In this document: in pieces, positions 1 through 8,859 of the stretch
Layout of the letters: each line of letters begins with the position of its first letter
Position numbering within the stretch: position 1 is the stretch's first letter
Assembly (NCBI RefSeq): GCF_000237865.1
Contig: NC_017459.1
Span: 2,880,001-2,912,000 of the forward strand
DNA from: Haloquadratum walsbyi C23
Lineage (GTDB): Archaea > Halobacteriota > Halobacteria > Halobacteriales > Haloferacaceae
DNA length: 32,000 nt
Reading direction: 5' to 3'
Translations under genes and position numbers: made by a program
The notes under the pieces: generated by a model
Told to the model about the DNA's origin: nothing
Databases searched by the model: none
What the model saw: the letters and a program-made list of their open reading frames with translations, nothing else

Positions 1-1112
1 AGGAATTCAAGTTTAATTCCCTCGACCGGAGACGTATCGTCATAAAATTGATGACACTCACTCGTATTGAACCCAACGTGATTCTGTCGTGTTGGTTCAT
101 CAAGCTGACCACCAACTCCAGCGAAAAGATGATCTGTGAAGAATCGACCAACAGCGCCAGACGTATTAGCGAGTCCATCCGGGTGCTGATCAGATTGCGA
201 TAATAGCAGCAGTCGTGCGTTCTCAACACCACCACAAGCAAGGACAAATCGCTGTGCAGACTGGTGATACTCAGTTCCGTCTGGGGTCATATAGACTGCT
301 TTTTTAACTGCCTTACCGGTATCACCATGCACAAGTCGCTGAACCGGGGCTTGATCAATAATATGAGCGCCTGCTGATCGTGCTTTTTGAATATGAGACT
401 CAGCAGTATATTTTGCACCTGACGGACAGACCGGTTTACACGTTCCATATCCCTGACATGCTGCTCGTCCATCATATCGTTCTGAATTTCGAGCATTTGG
501 CACTGAGTGCATGTCAATTCCAAGTGTCTCACAGGCTGGGGCAAAAAGTGAATCCGAGTGAGAGGGTGGAAATGCTGGAAGCGGATGTGATGTCTCACGC
601 GGCGGCGCATACGGATTGTCCATTGCACCAGCAACGCCAAGTGCTGACTCCGCAGCAGCATAATATGGGCGGAGATCAGTGTAATCAATCGGCCAATCCA
701 CCCCAACGTCATATCGACTCTTCATCTCGAAGTCTCGTTCATGTAGTCGCATAACCATTCCCTGCCAGTGGAGAGTCGACCCTCCAACACCTTTCACACG
801 CGCTGCATTCAATGGATAGCCGCGTCCTGCTGTCGTGTACGCGTCACGTTGGCCACCCATTTTCCATGGGTCACTCATTCCTGGTCGAATATGTTGCTCT
901 TGTTGAGTGAGACGGTCTGCATCTGAGAACTCCGGACCTGCCTCGAGAATCACAACGTCCAAATCTTGATTTGCAAGCCGATATGCAATGAGTGCACCCG
1001 CTGGTCCTGCACCGACAATACAGACGTCGGCTTGCTCACTTGGTGTCCGATCTTGTGCATTATCGTCACTATCGTTATTTGATATCGCAGATGTGGCTGC
1101 TGGGCTATTCAT
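1..1112 (-). CDS. GMC-family FAD-dependent oxidoreductase, N-terminal ~370 codons (C-terminus lies left of the window)
   Basis: Absent from the ORF track because there is no stop in the window. Minus-strand translation from ATG 1112-1110 gives MNSPAATSAISNNDSDDNAQDRTPSEQADVCIVGAGPAGALIAYRLANQDLDVVILEAGPEF (GxGxxG FAD fold). Later it reads ...KGVGGSTLHWQGM... and ...LACGGVENARLLLLS..., and it stays open to position 1. The start overlaps the upstream stop by 8 nt (ATGAATAG). Confidence 0.8.
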   Translation of the reverse strand, partial: MNSPAATSAISNNDSDDNAQDRTPSEQADVCIVGAGPAGALIAYRLANQDLDVVILEAGPEFSDADRLTQQEQHIRPGMSDPWKMGGQRDAYTTAGRGYPLNAARVKGVGGSTLHWQGMVMRLHERDFEMKSRYDVGVDWPIDYTDLRPYYAAAESALGVAGAMDNPYAPPRETSHPLPAFPPSHSDSLFAPACETLGIDMHSVPNARNSERYDGRAACQGYGTCKPVCPSGAKYTAESHIQKARSAGAHIIDQAPVQRLVHGDTGKAVKKAVYMTPDGTEYHQSAQRFVLACGGVENARLLLLSQSDQHPDGLANTSGAVGRFFTDHLFAGVGGQLDEPTRQNHVGFNTSECHQFYDDTSPVEGIKLEF

Positions 1113-1722
1113 TTGATTGTTGATTTGAATCGGTGTTTATTCCAGGACGTTGATAGCTTTTGATACCACCAGGGTGTCCTACGGGATTCTCAATACCAAC
1201 AAGACTCCCTCCTGTCGGTGTCGTATAAAGTGCATACAGAAGATCATCAATAAGATAAAATCGAATCTGTTCAGAGATTGTTCCATCATCGATTGGGTCG
1301 GCTGTGTCGACTCCAAGATTATCAAGAAGCGTATCTGCAGTCGATGAACTTACTGCGGCATATGGGGTATCATACCAATCACGGGCAACCGCGTCAAGTT
1401 CAACTGCTGCATCGACCATCCCCTCGCGATATGCTGGGCGATTAGCTGTCCGTGCTTGTGTATATCGTGCAACAAACTCACGCCGATTCTCAACAGTGCT
1501 TGGATATATGACGGCTGCAACCGCATCAAGTAAATCAATGACTGCTTCACTAAGCCCCTCAGTGGCTGTACTACCTTGATTTGTCACCGGTGATACGGTA
1601 TTCGATGCTGACTTACCGGATGAACCGCCAAAGTCAGTCAGTTCAATCGACATAGCACCGGCTCCAACACTAATGCCAGCAGCTGTCAGTGCAGCAATTA
1701 CATCGCGTCGAGTCAGTTCCAC
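1105..1722 (-). CDS. Tat-signal small subunit (gluconate 2-dehydrogenase subunit 3-like) partner of the GMC oxidoreductase
   Basis: 205-aa ORF with a GTG start. The N-terminus (M)ELTRRDVIAALTAAGISVGAGA looks like a twin-arginine signal. It overlaps the downstream flavoprotein gene by 8 nt, the usual arrangement for this two-subunit dehydrogenase family. Confidence 0.65.
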   Translation of the reverse strand: MELTRRDVIAALTAAGISVGAGAMSIELTDFGGSSGKSASNTVSPVTNQGSTATEGLSEAVIDLLDAVAAVIYPSTVENRREFVARYTQARTANRPAYREGMVDAAVELDAVARDWYDTPYAAVSSSTADTLLDNLGVDTADPIDDGTISEQIRFYLIDDLLYALYTTPTGGSLVGIENPVGHPGGIKSYQRPGINTDSNQQSNE

Positions 1723-1814
1723 GCCAAGAGATTAGGTGAGCCTAAACTTAGCTATTGTGTCTGAATACGAGATGTGTAGGATAATAAAGTACACACAGCT
1801 CTAGAGATACATAT

Positions 1815-1838
1815 TTGACATCCTCCCGCGTGTAAAGA
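1815..1838 (-). repeat. Orphan half of a tnpB-element right-end hairpin (minus strand TCTTTACA-CGCGGGAGGATGTCAA) abutting an IS end
   Basis: The minus strand reads ...CGCGGGAGGATGTCAA. This shares the terminal motif GGA(G/A)GATGTCAA with the right ends at 12485, 4575 and 2993. Only the 3' arm of the hairpin is present; the 5' arm is replaced by the IS terminus that begins at 1839. Confidence 0.45.
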
Positions 1839-2125
1839 CCTGTCTCTTACCCATAAGTCGTCCCGACAAGATGGACAGGGCAAAGCGGTGAAAATTGCTT
1901 TATCATCGGGAGTTGAGAGTCTCATCCCGAGCAACCGGGTATGCCGACGACGAGTTGACCCGGTTTGAGCAGCCCCTATAGCCCGATCGGCAATCCCAAT
2001 CGGCGTCTCAGTCCGTCAGGATTTCTCTCAGATCCTCCTCGACAGCGGCTCAAACGCCACGGTGGATGCTGTGAAGTACTCGGGGACAAGCCCCGAGGCA
2101 CTCGCCCTGCTCCGCCTGTAGACTT
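1839..2125 (+). mobile_element. One-ended, non-coding fragment of an IS with a Tn5/IS4-like terminus CCTGTCTCTTACCCATAAGT
   Basis: The first 20 nt are identical to the right terminus (reverse complement) of the MITE at 10680-10935. A GC-rich block follows and ends abruptly near 2125 in AT-rich spacer. No second terminus and no intact ORF. It contains a perfect 7-bp hairpin, CTCGGGG-acaag-CCCCGAG, at 2079-2097. Confidence 0.45.
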
Positions 2126-2210
2126 ATTCTTGTTCCGAGAGTTTTCAGATAAGTGCAGAAAATACTATATTTATTATTGTCATAAAATACATTCATTACC
2201 CGTGACTCAG

Positions 2211-2942
2211 TCATGGGATTCGGACATCATGTGTAAGCGTTCCAATCCCCTCAATTGTGATATCAATATGATCACCATCGACAAGCGCTGCAACGCCACT
2301 GGTTGTTCCTGTCGAGATGACATCGCCAGGTTCAAGCGTCATATATGTGGTAATCTCTTCAATCAACTCGGGAATAGAAAAAATGAGTTCAGTTCGCGTC
2401 GAGGACTGTCGTATCTCGCCATTTACTCGTAACTCAACGGTTGCATCGTCTGGCACCTCATCTGGCGTTGCTAACACCGGACCCATTGGGGCAGCGTTAT
2501 CAAATCCTTTGCCGCGGACCCAGTTTTGCTCACGGTCTTGATCATCGCGGTTCGAAAGATCATTGAGACAAGTGAATCCAGCAACGTACTCCATCGCATC
2601 ATCGGCAGAAACGTTTCGTGCCTGGGTACCTATGATAACTGCTAATTCCGCCTCGTGATCAATCCGATCTTTATTCGCTGGTAATGTGACTGTGTCGCCG
2701 TGTCCTGCCAGCGTATTCGGAGGCTTCAAGAATAATAATGGTCGGTCCGGAATATCTTTATTTCGTTCTTTGGCATGATCAGCATAATTTAATCCAACAC
2801 AAACGATTTTTGTTGGATTGCTTGGCGGAAGGATGCTCACAGTATTGGTGTCATATGTTTGATCTCCGAAGGTCACGTGATCTCCGTGCCACGTGCCGTC
2901 TCGGGTAGATCCCGCTGGGTCCTGAAATCTGACTCGATGCAT
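2211..2942 (-). CDS. Fumarylacetoacetate hydrolase (FAH) family protein
   Basis: 243 aa from ATG 2942: MHRVRFQDPAGSTRDGTWHGD...KIVCVGLNYADHAKERNKDIPDRPLLFLKPPNTL...DHEAELAVIIG...GFDNAAPMGP...PGDVISTGTTSG. This is a typical FAH-fold C-terminal domain. The 131-codon upstream extension in the ORF track runs through an IS remnant and is not credible. Confidence 0.9.
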   Translation of the reverse strand: MHRVRFQDPAGSTRDGTWHGDHVTFGDQTYDTNTVSILPPSNPTKIVCVGLNYADHAKERNKDIPDRPLLFLKPPNTLAGHGDTVTLPANKDRIDHEAELAVIIGTQARNVSADDAMEYVAGFTCLNDLSNRDDQDREQNWVRGKGFDNAAPMGPVLATPDEVPDDATVELRVNGEIRQSSTRTELIFSIPELIEEITTYMTLEPGDVISTGTTSGVAALVDGDHIDITIEGIGTLTHDVRIP

Positions 2943-2992
2943 ATCAAGTTGCTTGTATTGAAACGAAATGCTTCTTTCCCTTCGGTCTCTAC

Positions 2993-3465
2993 TTGACATC
3001 CTCCTCCGCCTGAAGCCGGAAGGAATCCCGAGCGTTGGGAGTTTCAGGTTTGGGTTTGCAGACTCCCAATACCAAGCCAGTCCACCGTTGGAATCGGTGT
3101 GTGGCCGGCACTGGGCAGTCTCTTGGGAGTGCCAAATCTCCGCCCCCGGTACTCCTATCCTCAACCGAGGCGAAGTCCCTGTGTTGGTTGTGTCACAAGC
3201 GCTTCGGTTGGTGTCACTTTCACCGGACTTGGAGTTACTTGCATCGGTGACGATAGCTCGATGCTTGTTATTTGATTCCCACATGGGGCATATTCTGTTT
3301 CCAGCGTAGGCGGATACTCGCACTCGAACCGCCACTTTTCGGGCACTCGGCTACATCGGGGGCACAACCGATGCGCCGACGCTGATATACACGCCGCTTT
3401 CCAACAGAAACGTTCGGAATCTCTTACTGTGACGGCGTGGTATTGCGCCTGTTCAGCGTATAATA
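2993..3465 (-). mobile_element. 3' fragment of an IS200/IS605-family (IS1341-group) tnpB element: decayed tnpB C-terminus plus a retained omega-RNA/right-end module
   Basis: The minus strand shows decayed TnpB-like text (AEQAQYHAVTVRDSERF..., CPRCS...RFECE...CGN) with stops and frameshifts. Positions 3162-2993 then share ordered blocks with 12320-12485: GGATAGGAGTACCGG, TTGGCAC, GATTCCAAC, GGTGGACTG, CTGCAAACC, GGGATTCCT and CGGAGGAGGATGTCAA. Confidence 0.65.
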
Positions 3466-3610
3466 GGTATTTAATATTCGATTAGGACTTGGACTTATGT
3501 GCTAACGTATAGTGTCAACTGCCTCAGGGTCAGATCAAAGCCCCGAGGTATCCGCGTTTATTCGTGATGAAACACATCTTTTAGTATCGGTCTATAGATA
3601 GTGATAATTG

Positions 3611-4330
3611 ATGACGATGGAACTCACCTGGCATGGTCATTCTACATGGCATGTTGATGTTGATGGGACGACATTCCTAATTGACCCATTTTTCTCAAAT
3701 CCCCACACAGAGCGTAAGCCGACGGACATCAAAACGCCAGATTATGTCCTATTAACACATGCACATGCTGATCATATCGGCGATGCCGACGTATTCACTA
3801 ATACGACTGTTGTCGGTGTTCCAGAGATGACTGGCTACATGGAATCAGAAGTTGGATTTACTGAGAGTATCGGAATGAATATCGGGGGAACTGTTGAGTG
3901 TGGTGATGCGTACGTGACAATGCACCGTGCTGACCACACAAATGGGTTAGAAACCGATTATGAATACAGTATCGGTGTTCCAACTGGATATATTATTAGC
4001 GATAACAAACCAACACGGACGGCAGATACTGATTCGACAAGTTTCTATCATGCTGGTGACACTGGATTAATGTCAGAAATGAAAGATGTGATTGGTACGT
4101 ATCTCGAACCAGACGCGGCCGCACTCCCAACAGGTGATCATTTTACGATGGGACCAACACAGGCTGCGATCGCTGCGGAATGGTTAGATGTCGATCATGT
4201 GTTCCCAATGCATTATGACACGTTCGGTCCAATTGAAATCGATATTAATGAACTCGTTGAGGAGGTCGGTTCGGGTGATACTGATGCAACAGTGCATGTG
4301 CTTGATGGAGATGAGACATTTATCCTTTGA
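3611..4330 (+). CDS. Metallo-beta-lactamase-fold metal-dependent hydrolase (UPF0173-like)
   Basis: [28 protein letters not shown]...[16 protein letters not shown]... contains the HxHxDH zinc motif and is about 240 aa. ATG at 3611 (alternative ATG at 3617; the track start at 3608 is TTG). Confidence 0.88.
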   Translation: MTMELTWHGHSTWHVDVDGTTFLIDPFFSNPHTERKPTDIKTPDYVLLTHAHADHIGDADVFTNTTVVGVPEMTGYMESEVGFTESIGMNIGGTVECGDAYVTMHRADHTNGLETDYEYSIGVPTGYIISDNKPTRTADTDSTSFYHAGDTGLMSEMKDVIGTYLEPDAAALPTGDHFTMGPTQAAIAAEWLDVDHVFPMHYDTFGPIEIDINELVEEVGSGDTDATVHVLDGDETFIL

Positions 4331-4341
4331 GTATTTATTAT

Positions 4342-4575
4342 AGAGATTCGAGGCGAATACACCCGCCTTCCCGTGAGGGACGACTGTTCCGACCCTAAGT
4401 CCGAATCAAGAGACGTGTTGCGTGTGTGGAAAAACAGATGAGAATCAGCGTGTTGAATACGGCTTATATGTGTGCGAAGAACATAACGGTGCGTCCAATG
4501 CGGACGTGAATGTGACGGAGAACATTCGTCTCGATTTGACATCCTCCTCTGCGTGAGCGCAGAGGAGGATGTCAA
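4342..4575 (+). mobile_element. MITE-like internal-deletion derivative of the tnpB IS (left end + last ~50 tnpB codons + right-end hairpin)
   Basis: The left end AGAGATTCGAGGCGAATACACCCGCC matches AGAATTTCGAGGAGAATACCCGCG at 10648. Positions 4404-4556 translate to TCCVCGKTDENQRVEYGLYVCEEHNGASNADVNVTENIRLD, homologous to TnpB residues around 12125-12270. It ends in the hairpin GACATCCTCCTCTGCG-tga-GCGCAGAGGAGGATGTCAA. The left flank is TTAT. Confidence 0.7.
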
Positions 4576-4696
4576 TTATGACACTGTAATTCACACTTTT
4601 TAGTGGTCGTTTTGAGACGGATGTGGTCAGTGACATCTGCTGATTGTAAGCTATCAAGATGTCAGAATCAGAGTCGGACTCAGTTGAGAGAGTCTA

Positions 4697-5509
4697 TTAT
4701 TTGAGTAATTCCAACACGGAATCAAGTTCACCAAGCGACGGAATAATATGATCTGGATTGATTGGAGAGTTTTCAACATCTGAAATATCAGTAACCCCAG
4801 TCTCAACAAGTACTGTTTGCATTCCAGCCCCATTACCGAGGGCAATGTCAGTATCAAGTCGGTCACCAACAACAAGGATATCATCTGAGGGAAGTCCTAG
4901 TCGATCAATCGCCATTTTACGGGCAATCTGACTTGGTTTCCCGAGGACAGCAACTGGCTCGCGACCAGTAACATTCGAAATTGCATCAATGACAGCCCCA
5001 GACCCGGGCACATCCCCCTCCGCAGCGGGGATAACAACGTCTGGGTCGGTTCCAAGAAATGTCACAGATTCATCCGCAAGGATATCGAGACACAGACAGA
5101 GTGTATTATAGTCAAATGAGCGATCAATTGACGCAATAAGAACGTCAGGTGGACTTTTTGTTTCGCTATCATATGTCTGAATATCTGTGACTGATAATCC
5201 ATCAGCAGCAAGTAATTCAAGAAGACCCGTTTCTCCAACGACAGCGATAGTATCATTGCTATGATACTCGATGAGATATTGTTTTGTCACTGTACCAGCG
5301 GTCAACACCTCTGTTGCATCGACAGAAATCCCAGCGCTCTCAAGTCGGGTTTCATACGCTGTTGGTGGCTTTGTTGGGTTGTTTGAGACAAACAATCGCT
5401 GAAGTCCACGGTCAGCAACAGCTGTCACTCCACGTATTGCACCAGGCAGTGGTTCTGCACCCCGTACTACCGTCCCATCAACGTCGAAGATAATTCCACG
5501 CACTGTCAT
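4697..5509 (-). CDS. HAD-superfamily hydrolase, subfamily IIA (NagD-like sugar/nitrophenyl phosphatase)
   Basis: From ATG 5509: MTVRGIIFDVDGTVVRG (DxDGT motif I), ...FVSNNPTK (motif II), ...GKPS...VVGDRLDTDI (motifs III/IV). The upstream 37 codons in the ORF track are unsupported. Confidence 0.88.
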   Translation of the reverse strand: MTVRGIIFDVDGTVVRGAEPLPGAIRGVTAVADRGLQRLFVSNNPTKPPTAYETRLESAGISVDATEVLTAGTVTKQYLIEYHSNDTIAVVGETGLLELLAADGLSVTDIQTYDSETKSPPDVLIASIDRSFDYNTLCLCLDILADESVTFLGTDPDVVIPAAEGDVPGSGAVIDAISNVTGREPVAVLGKPSQIARKMAIDRLGLPSDDILVVGDRLDTDIALGNGAGMQTVLVETGVTDISDVENSPINPDHIIPSLGELDSVLELLK

Positions 5510-6039
5510 TGAGATGAGATAGTTTCGAGACACTGTTGAAGATAGCGACTGCTGCATCGTCTCAAAGATAATCTGATACGATCCTCTTGTATCCAGATAT
5601 AAAGGATTCAATCGCATCACGCCGGTGAATTAGGATATAGGGTTTGTACCACATACGATATCATTCTTGTTAAGGGTAGAATCTCAAAGAGAAGGAGTAA
5701 ACGACCACGGGTCGGGTGAGGTGACCCGTGGAACTCTCGCTGCTTCCTTTAGAAGTATACTCCAAGTTTCGCCAACAAATGTTCTCCCCCCACCCCACTT
5801 AGTTCAACGTCGGACGCATCGCAACGGTCTTTAAAAACGGATAGATCACATTCAATATATTGTCCTTCGCTACTCTATCATAGACTTAAGATGTCTTGAT
5901 CATATTGTGCTTTGAGAATTTCACGAGCGGGATAATTTGACCTTCTTTGCTTTCGAGGATATCGGATATTAGTAAATCGGTCGAACACCCACCTGTGTAG
6001 GTCAAGATACTGTGTATAGCTGAATATAGAATAACTGTT

Positions 6040-6489
6040 ATGACTCAGGAGCGTATATTTTTAATTACAGTGATAGATACGTTGGAGTCAATTTATAATG
6101 GAATGCGACGAGCGGGTGAGGCAATTGTCGCCCCATTACGGAGCGGAAATGGTCCGAATAAGTTTCGATTATCAGCTGTCGATACCGCAACGACAACTCA
6201 CGATGGTGATGATGGATGGGCAAAGCGTCCACCCGCAACTGTAGCTTGTCCACGATGTGAGAGTGATATTCTCCAGCACAACGCATACGATGATATTGAC
6301 TGTCCGCGGTGTGTTGCGTCATTCGATGCAGATGAGTTTTCTGAGCTAGAATTAAGAGGTCTTACCTGTCCAGTCTGTCGCGATGACATGATGCATGGTC
6401 AGCGTCATCCAGAGGCATTCGACATTGTTGAATGGGCAACTTGTAATTCCTGTCGATATCACTGGGAGTTTAAACATTCATACGACTGA
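6040..6489 (+). CDS. Small zinc-ribbon protein with four CxxC pairs (CPxCG-related), function unknown
   Basis: 149-aa ORF containing CPRC...CPRC...CPVC...CNSC, with acidic composition. The start is uncertain (ATG 6040 or ATG 6103). Confidence 0.6.
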   Translation: MTQERIFLITVIDTLESIYNGMRRAGEAIVAPLRSGNGPNKFRLSAVDTATTTHDGDDGWAKRPPATVACPRCESDILQHNAYDDIDCPRCVASFDADEFSELELRGLTCPVCRDDMMHGQRHPEAFDIVEWATCNSCRYHWEFKHSYD

Positions 6490-6799
6490 CCTACTACTGA
6501 AACTAAATGTACTGGGGTAAGCAATCTCAATACGCTGTATGTATGAGACGTATAGTACACAAATATGTATCTAACAGCATTTGAATGACGTAAGACTGTG
6601 TTCTTTAGGACCACTGAGAGAATTTTCAATCAAATTTTCACAGTGACGCTTCACTAATATCTGACTCGGGTATCCTGAGATCAAATGCGAACCCCTGACT
6701 TCTGTTATGATCCCGAGTATATCGTTCACATTAGCTAATATCAGGGAAGAAAGCGAATATTCGATGGTACACAGAGCAAATATTCATATGGGAACTCGT

Positions 6800-7116
6800 A
6801 ACCGACCCCCACAGTACTTCGCTCACCCTGACGGGTTCGCTCGTTGAGGAAGGGGCTTTGATATAGGACTCGGCGTCAACTGTCGCCAGGGAGGAAGGTT
6901 GATCCTCACCTGTGCCGACCGATCTTCTGGGTCTTCGCCCCCACCGTTCAGGCGACGGGCTACTGCGGCCCGTAATACCGCCGACTTGTGCGACGATATC
7001 ACTGATTGGGACAACAGACCCCTAGAAAAAATGAATCGGTGGAGAGTCCTGTCGGCTTCCTCCCCACCTTTCCGTTCCGACTGGGCGTCAGGACTCAACG
7101 ATTGGGGCTCCGGGTT
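6800..7116 (-). ncRNA. Candidate structured RNA of unassigned class (GC-rich island; RNase P-like helix order but core motifs not matched)
   Basis: A sharp GC-rich island in AT-rich spacer with no credible ORF. Collinear long-range complementarity: 7103-7107/6807-6811, 7094-7101/6841-6848 and 7056-7064/6889-6897. Local hairpins at 7077-7091, 7038-7068 and 7008-7022 close with G.U pairs only if the minus strand is the RNA (A.C mismatches on plus). Confidence 0.35.
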
Positions 7117-7150
7117 GAAACTGCTGACTTTAGATTTAATTCGAGACAGA

Positions 7151-7615
7151 CTACCAGTTGTATTCCTCGTGAACTTGACGGCCCTCATCATTCAATAACG
7201 GTCCAGTGATTTCAGTGATTCCATCAAGAATATTTGCGGAGCGAACAGGGGGTTCATTGCCAGTAAACTCTGCAATCTCATCACTCCCAACGCTGTAGAC
7301 GGTGGAGTCAAACCCAGCCGTTACCATACCACCGGCACACATCGGACAGGGTTCGGTAGTTGTATACATAACCATTTCAGCGCGCTCATCGGAGTCATAT
7401 GCCTGACAAGCACGGTATGCAAGGTGGAGTTCAGGATGACGTCGGATATCAGATTCTGTTATTTCACGGTTTGATTCACGCATCACAACCGTATCATCTC
7501 GAACGAGAACGGACCCAAACGGCTCATCACCACGTGCAGCAGACTCACGTGCGAGTTTCAATGCCTCTTGCATATGCATTTCATGATCAAATGTATCGAA
7601 TTTTGAATCGGTCAT
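7151..7615 (-). CDS. CMP/dCMP-type zinc deaminase family protein (nucleoside/tRNA-adenosine/guanine deaminase-like)
   Basis: 154 aa: ...MHMQEALKLARES...GDEPFGSVLV...RHPELHLA...TEPCPMCAGG. These are the H(A/P)E and PCxxC zinc-binding motifs of the cytidine/deoxycytidylate deaminase fold. Confidence 0.8.
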   Translation of the reverse strand: MTDSKFDTFDHEMHMQEALKLARESAARGDEPFGSVLVRDDTVVMRESNREITESDIRRHPELHLAYRACQAYDSDERAEMVMYTTTEPCPMCAGGMVTAGFDSTVYSVGSDEIAEFTGNEPPVRSANILDGITEITGPLLNDEGRQVHEEYNW

Positions 7616-7716
7616 AATTGATTGCTGATTACTATTTGAGATTACTTATGATCATTGAGTGATCTGCTTTATTCAAATTCAAAATTGTCAAATAAACATG
7701 TGATACTCATGTGTTA

Positions 7717-8709
7717 TTAGTAACTGTACGTAGTGACTGTCTCACCGTCATGATTGGTTATAATCACGGTATCGCCATCATTGTCCCAAACTGGCTCACG
7801 CTTGCCCCAGTATAGTTCGGTGTCTGAGTTTGACCCACTTCCAGTATAGAGCGTCATGCTCTCTCCTGGATTAATTATTACTCCTGCCGGGAATGAGTAC
7901 AGATTACCTGCCTTATCACTGATTGTCCAACCGTTCAATTGGATCCGACTAGTCCCAGTGTTTTTGAATAAAACATACTCATCATCGAGATTGTCATATT
8001 CATTACCACTTGCATCTTCATGCACAGTCAAAATATCAATAGGATGTGATACTGCGCTTGTCTGTTCAGGTGATGAGATATTGTCGCCCCAAACACCGGT
8101 CGCAGTATCGCGTGCCTGTTGTGCGGTTTTTTTATATTCCTTCGTACGCGAAAATTCACTCTCGTAGTGTCGGGCATATCCATTTTCAAGAAGTCGCATA
8201 TTGAATGAAGTCGTTGCTGATGGTGAGTAATATACATACGCGAGGAGTCGATCATAATATCCTCGGCGGTCTGAAACTGGGTCAAATATAATAATAATCT
8301 CCTCATTCGCGAGGCGGTCGGTCGTATACGCTGATGCCTGAGTGCCCCAGCTAGCTAACCAATCTCGACCATCCGCTGATGTTGGGACGCTTTGCCACTC
8401 ATCAGGGGTTGTCTGGGTTACTGCTGTCTCTGGTGTGTCGACACCAAGAAGTCGAACTGTCTCTACCGTGCCGTTTTCATATTGTATATTGATTGTATCG
8501 CCATCAATAACCTCGACAACAGTAACACGTGTGCCAGACGCAGCACTGAGATTAAACTCAGGCGTGGATGCCGTCTCTGTGAATGATCCGTTCACTGAAG
8601 ACGCTGGTGACTCTGTTGGTGCTATGCTATCATTGACTTCAGCGCAACCGCTAAACACAACTAAGAGAGCAATACCGAACATGACAATACGACGCTGAGA
8701 AACATTCAT
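7717..8709 (-). CDS. Secreted lipoprotein nuclease: staphylococcal (thermo)nuclease domain + C-terminal lamin-tail domain
   Basis: The signal peptide has a lipobox (LLVVFSGC). SNase motifs: VIDGDTINI...VRLLGVDTPE...YDRLLAYVY...LLENGYAR. The C-terminus, DEYVLFKNTGTSRIQLNGWTISDKAGNLYSFPAGVIINPGESMTLYTGSG, matches the LTD pattern. Confidence 0.8.
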   Translation of the reverse strand: MNVSQRRIVMFGIALLVVFSGCAEVNDSIAPTESPASSVNGSFTETASTPEFNLSAASGTRVTVVEVIDGDTINIQYENGTVETVRLLGVDTPETAVTQTTPDEWQSVPTSADGRDWLASWGTQASAYTTDRLANEEIIIIFDPVSDRRGYYDRLLAYVYYSPSATTSFNMRLLENGYARHYESEFSRTKEYKKTAQQARDTATGVWGDNISSPEQTSAVSHPIDILTVHEDASGNEYDNLDDEYVLFKNTGTSRIQLNGWTISDKAGNLYSFPAGVIINPGESMTLYTGSGSNSDTELYWGKREPVWDNDGDTVIITNHDGETVTTYSY

Positions 8710-8859
8710 GATATATGTAATTGAGTATCGGTATCTTTCTGCCCTGAAGGGCAGGTTTTAGGATCAAATCGTTCCTAAAATTAAGACACATAGTTTTCAC
8801 CGATATTTTTGCTGAAGATTAGGGTCTCTCCCATGATTATCAGCTGTAATAATGCATAC

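Noticed and set aside
2943-3335. A 131-codon N-terminal extension of the FAH gene in the ORF track (ORF 2211..3335).
   Set aside because: The extension reads through the tnpB-element right end and omega-RNA module, and its composition is basic and low-complexity. The conserved FAH fold starts at the ATG at 2942.
5705-5731. Hairpin CCACGGGTC-n9-GACCCGTGG in the HAD / zinc-finger spacer, near a GGAAGCAGC string on the minus strand reminiscent of SRP.
   Set aside because: It is an isolated 9-bp stem with no surrounding conserved structure or T-run, and the SRP resemblance is a single 9-mer.
6800-7116. Calling the GC island outright as RNase P RNA or SRP 7S RNA.
   Set aside because: The size and P1-P2-P3-P4-like order are suggestive, but the universal CR-I (AGGAAAGUCC) and CR-V (ACAGAA.CCGGCUUA) strings are only partly matched. 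The SRP GGAAGGGAGCA helix-8 motif is absent. I kept it as an unassigned candidate instead.
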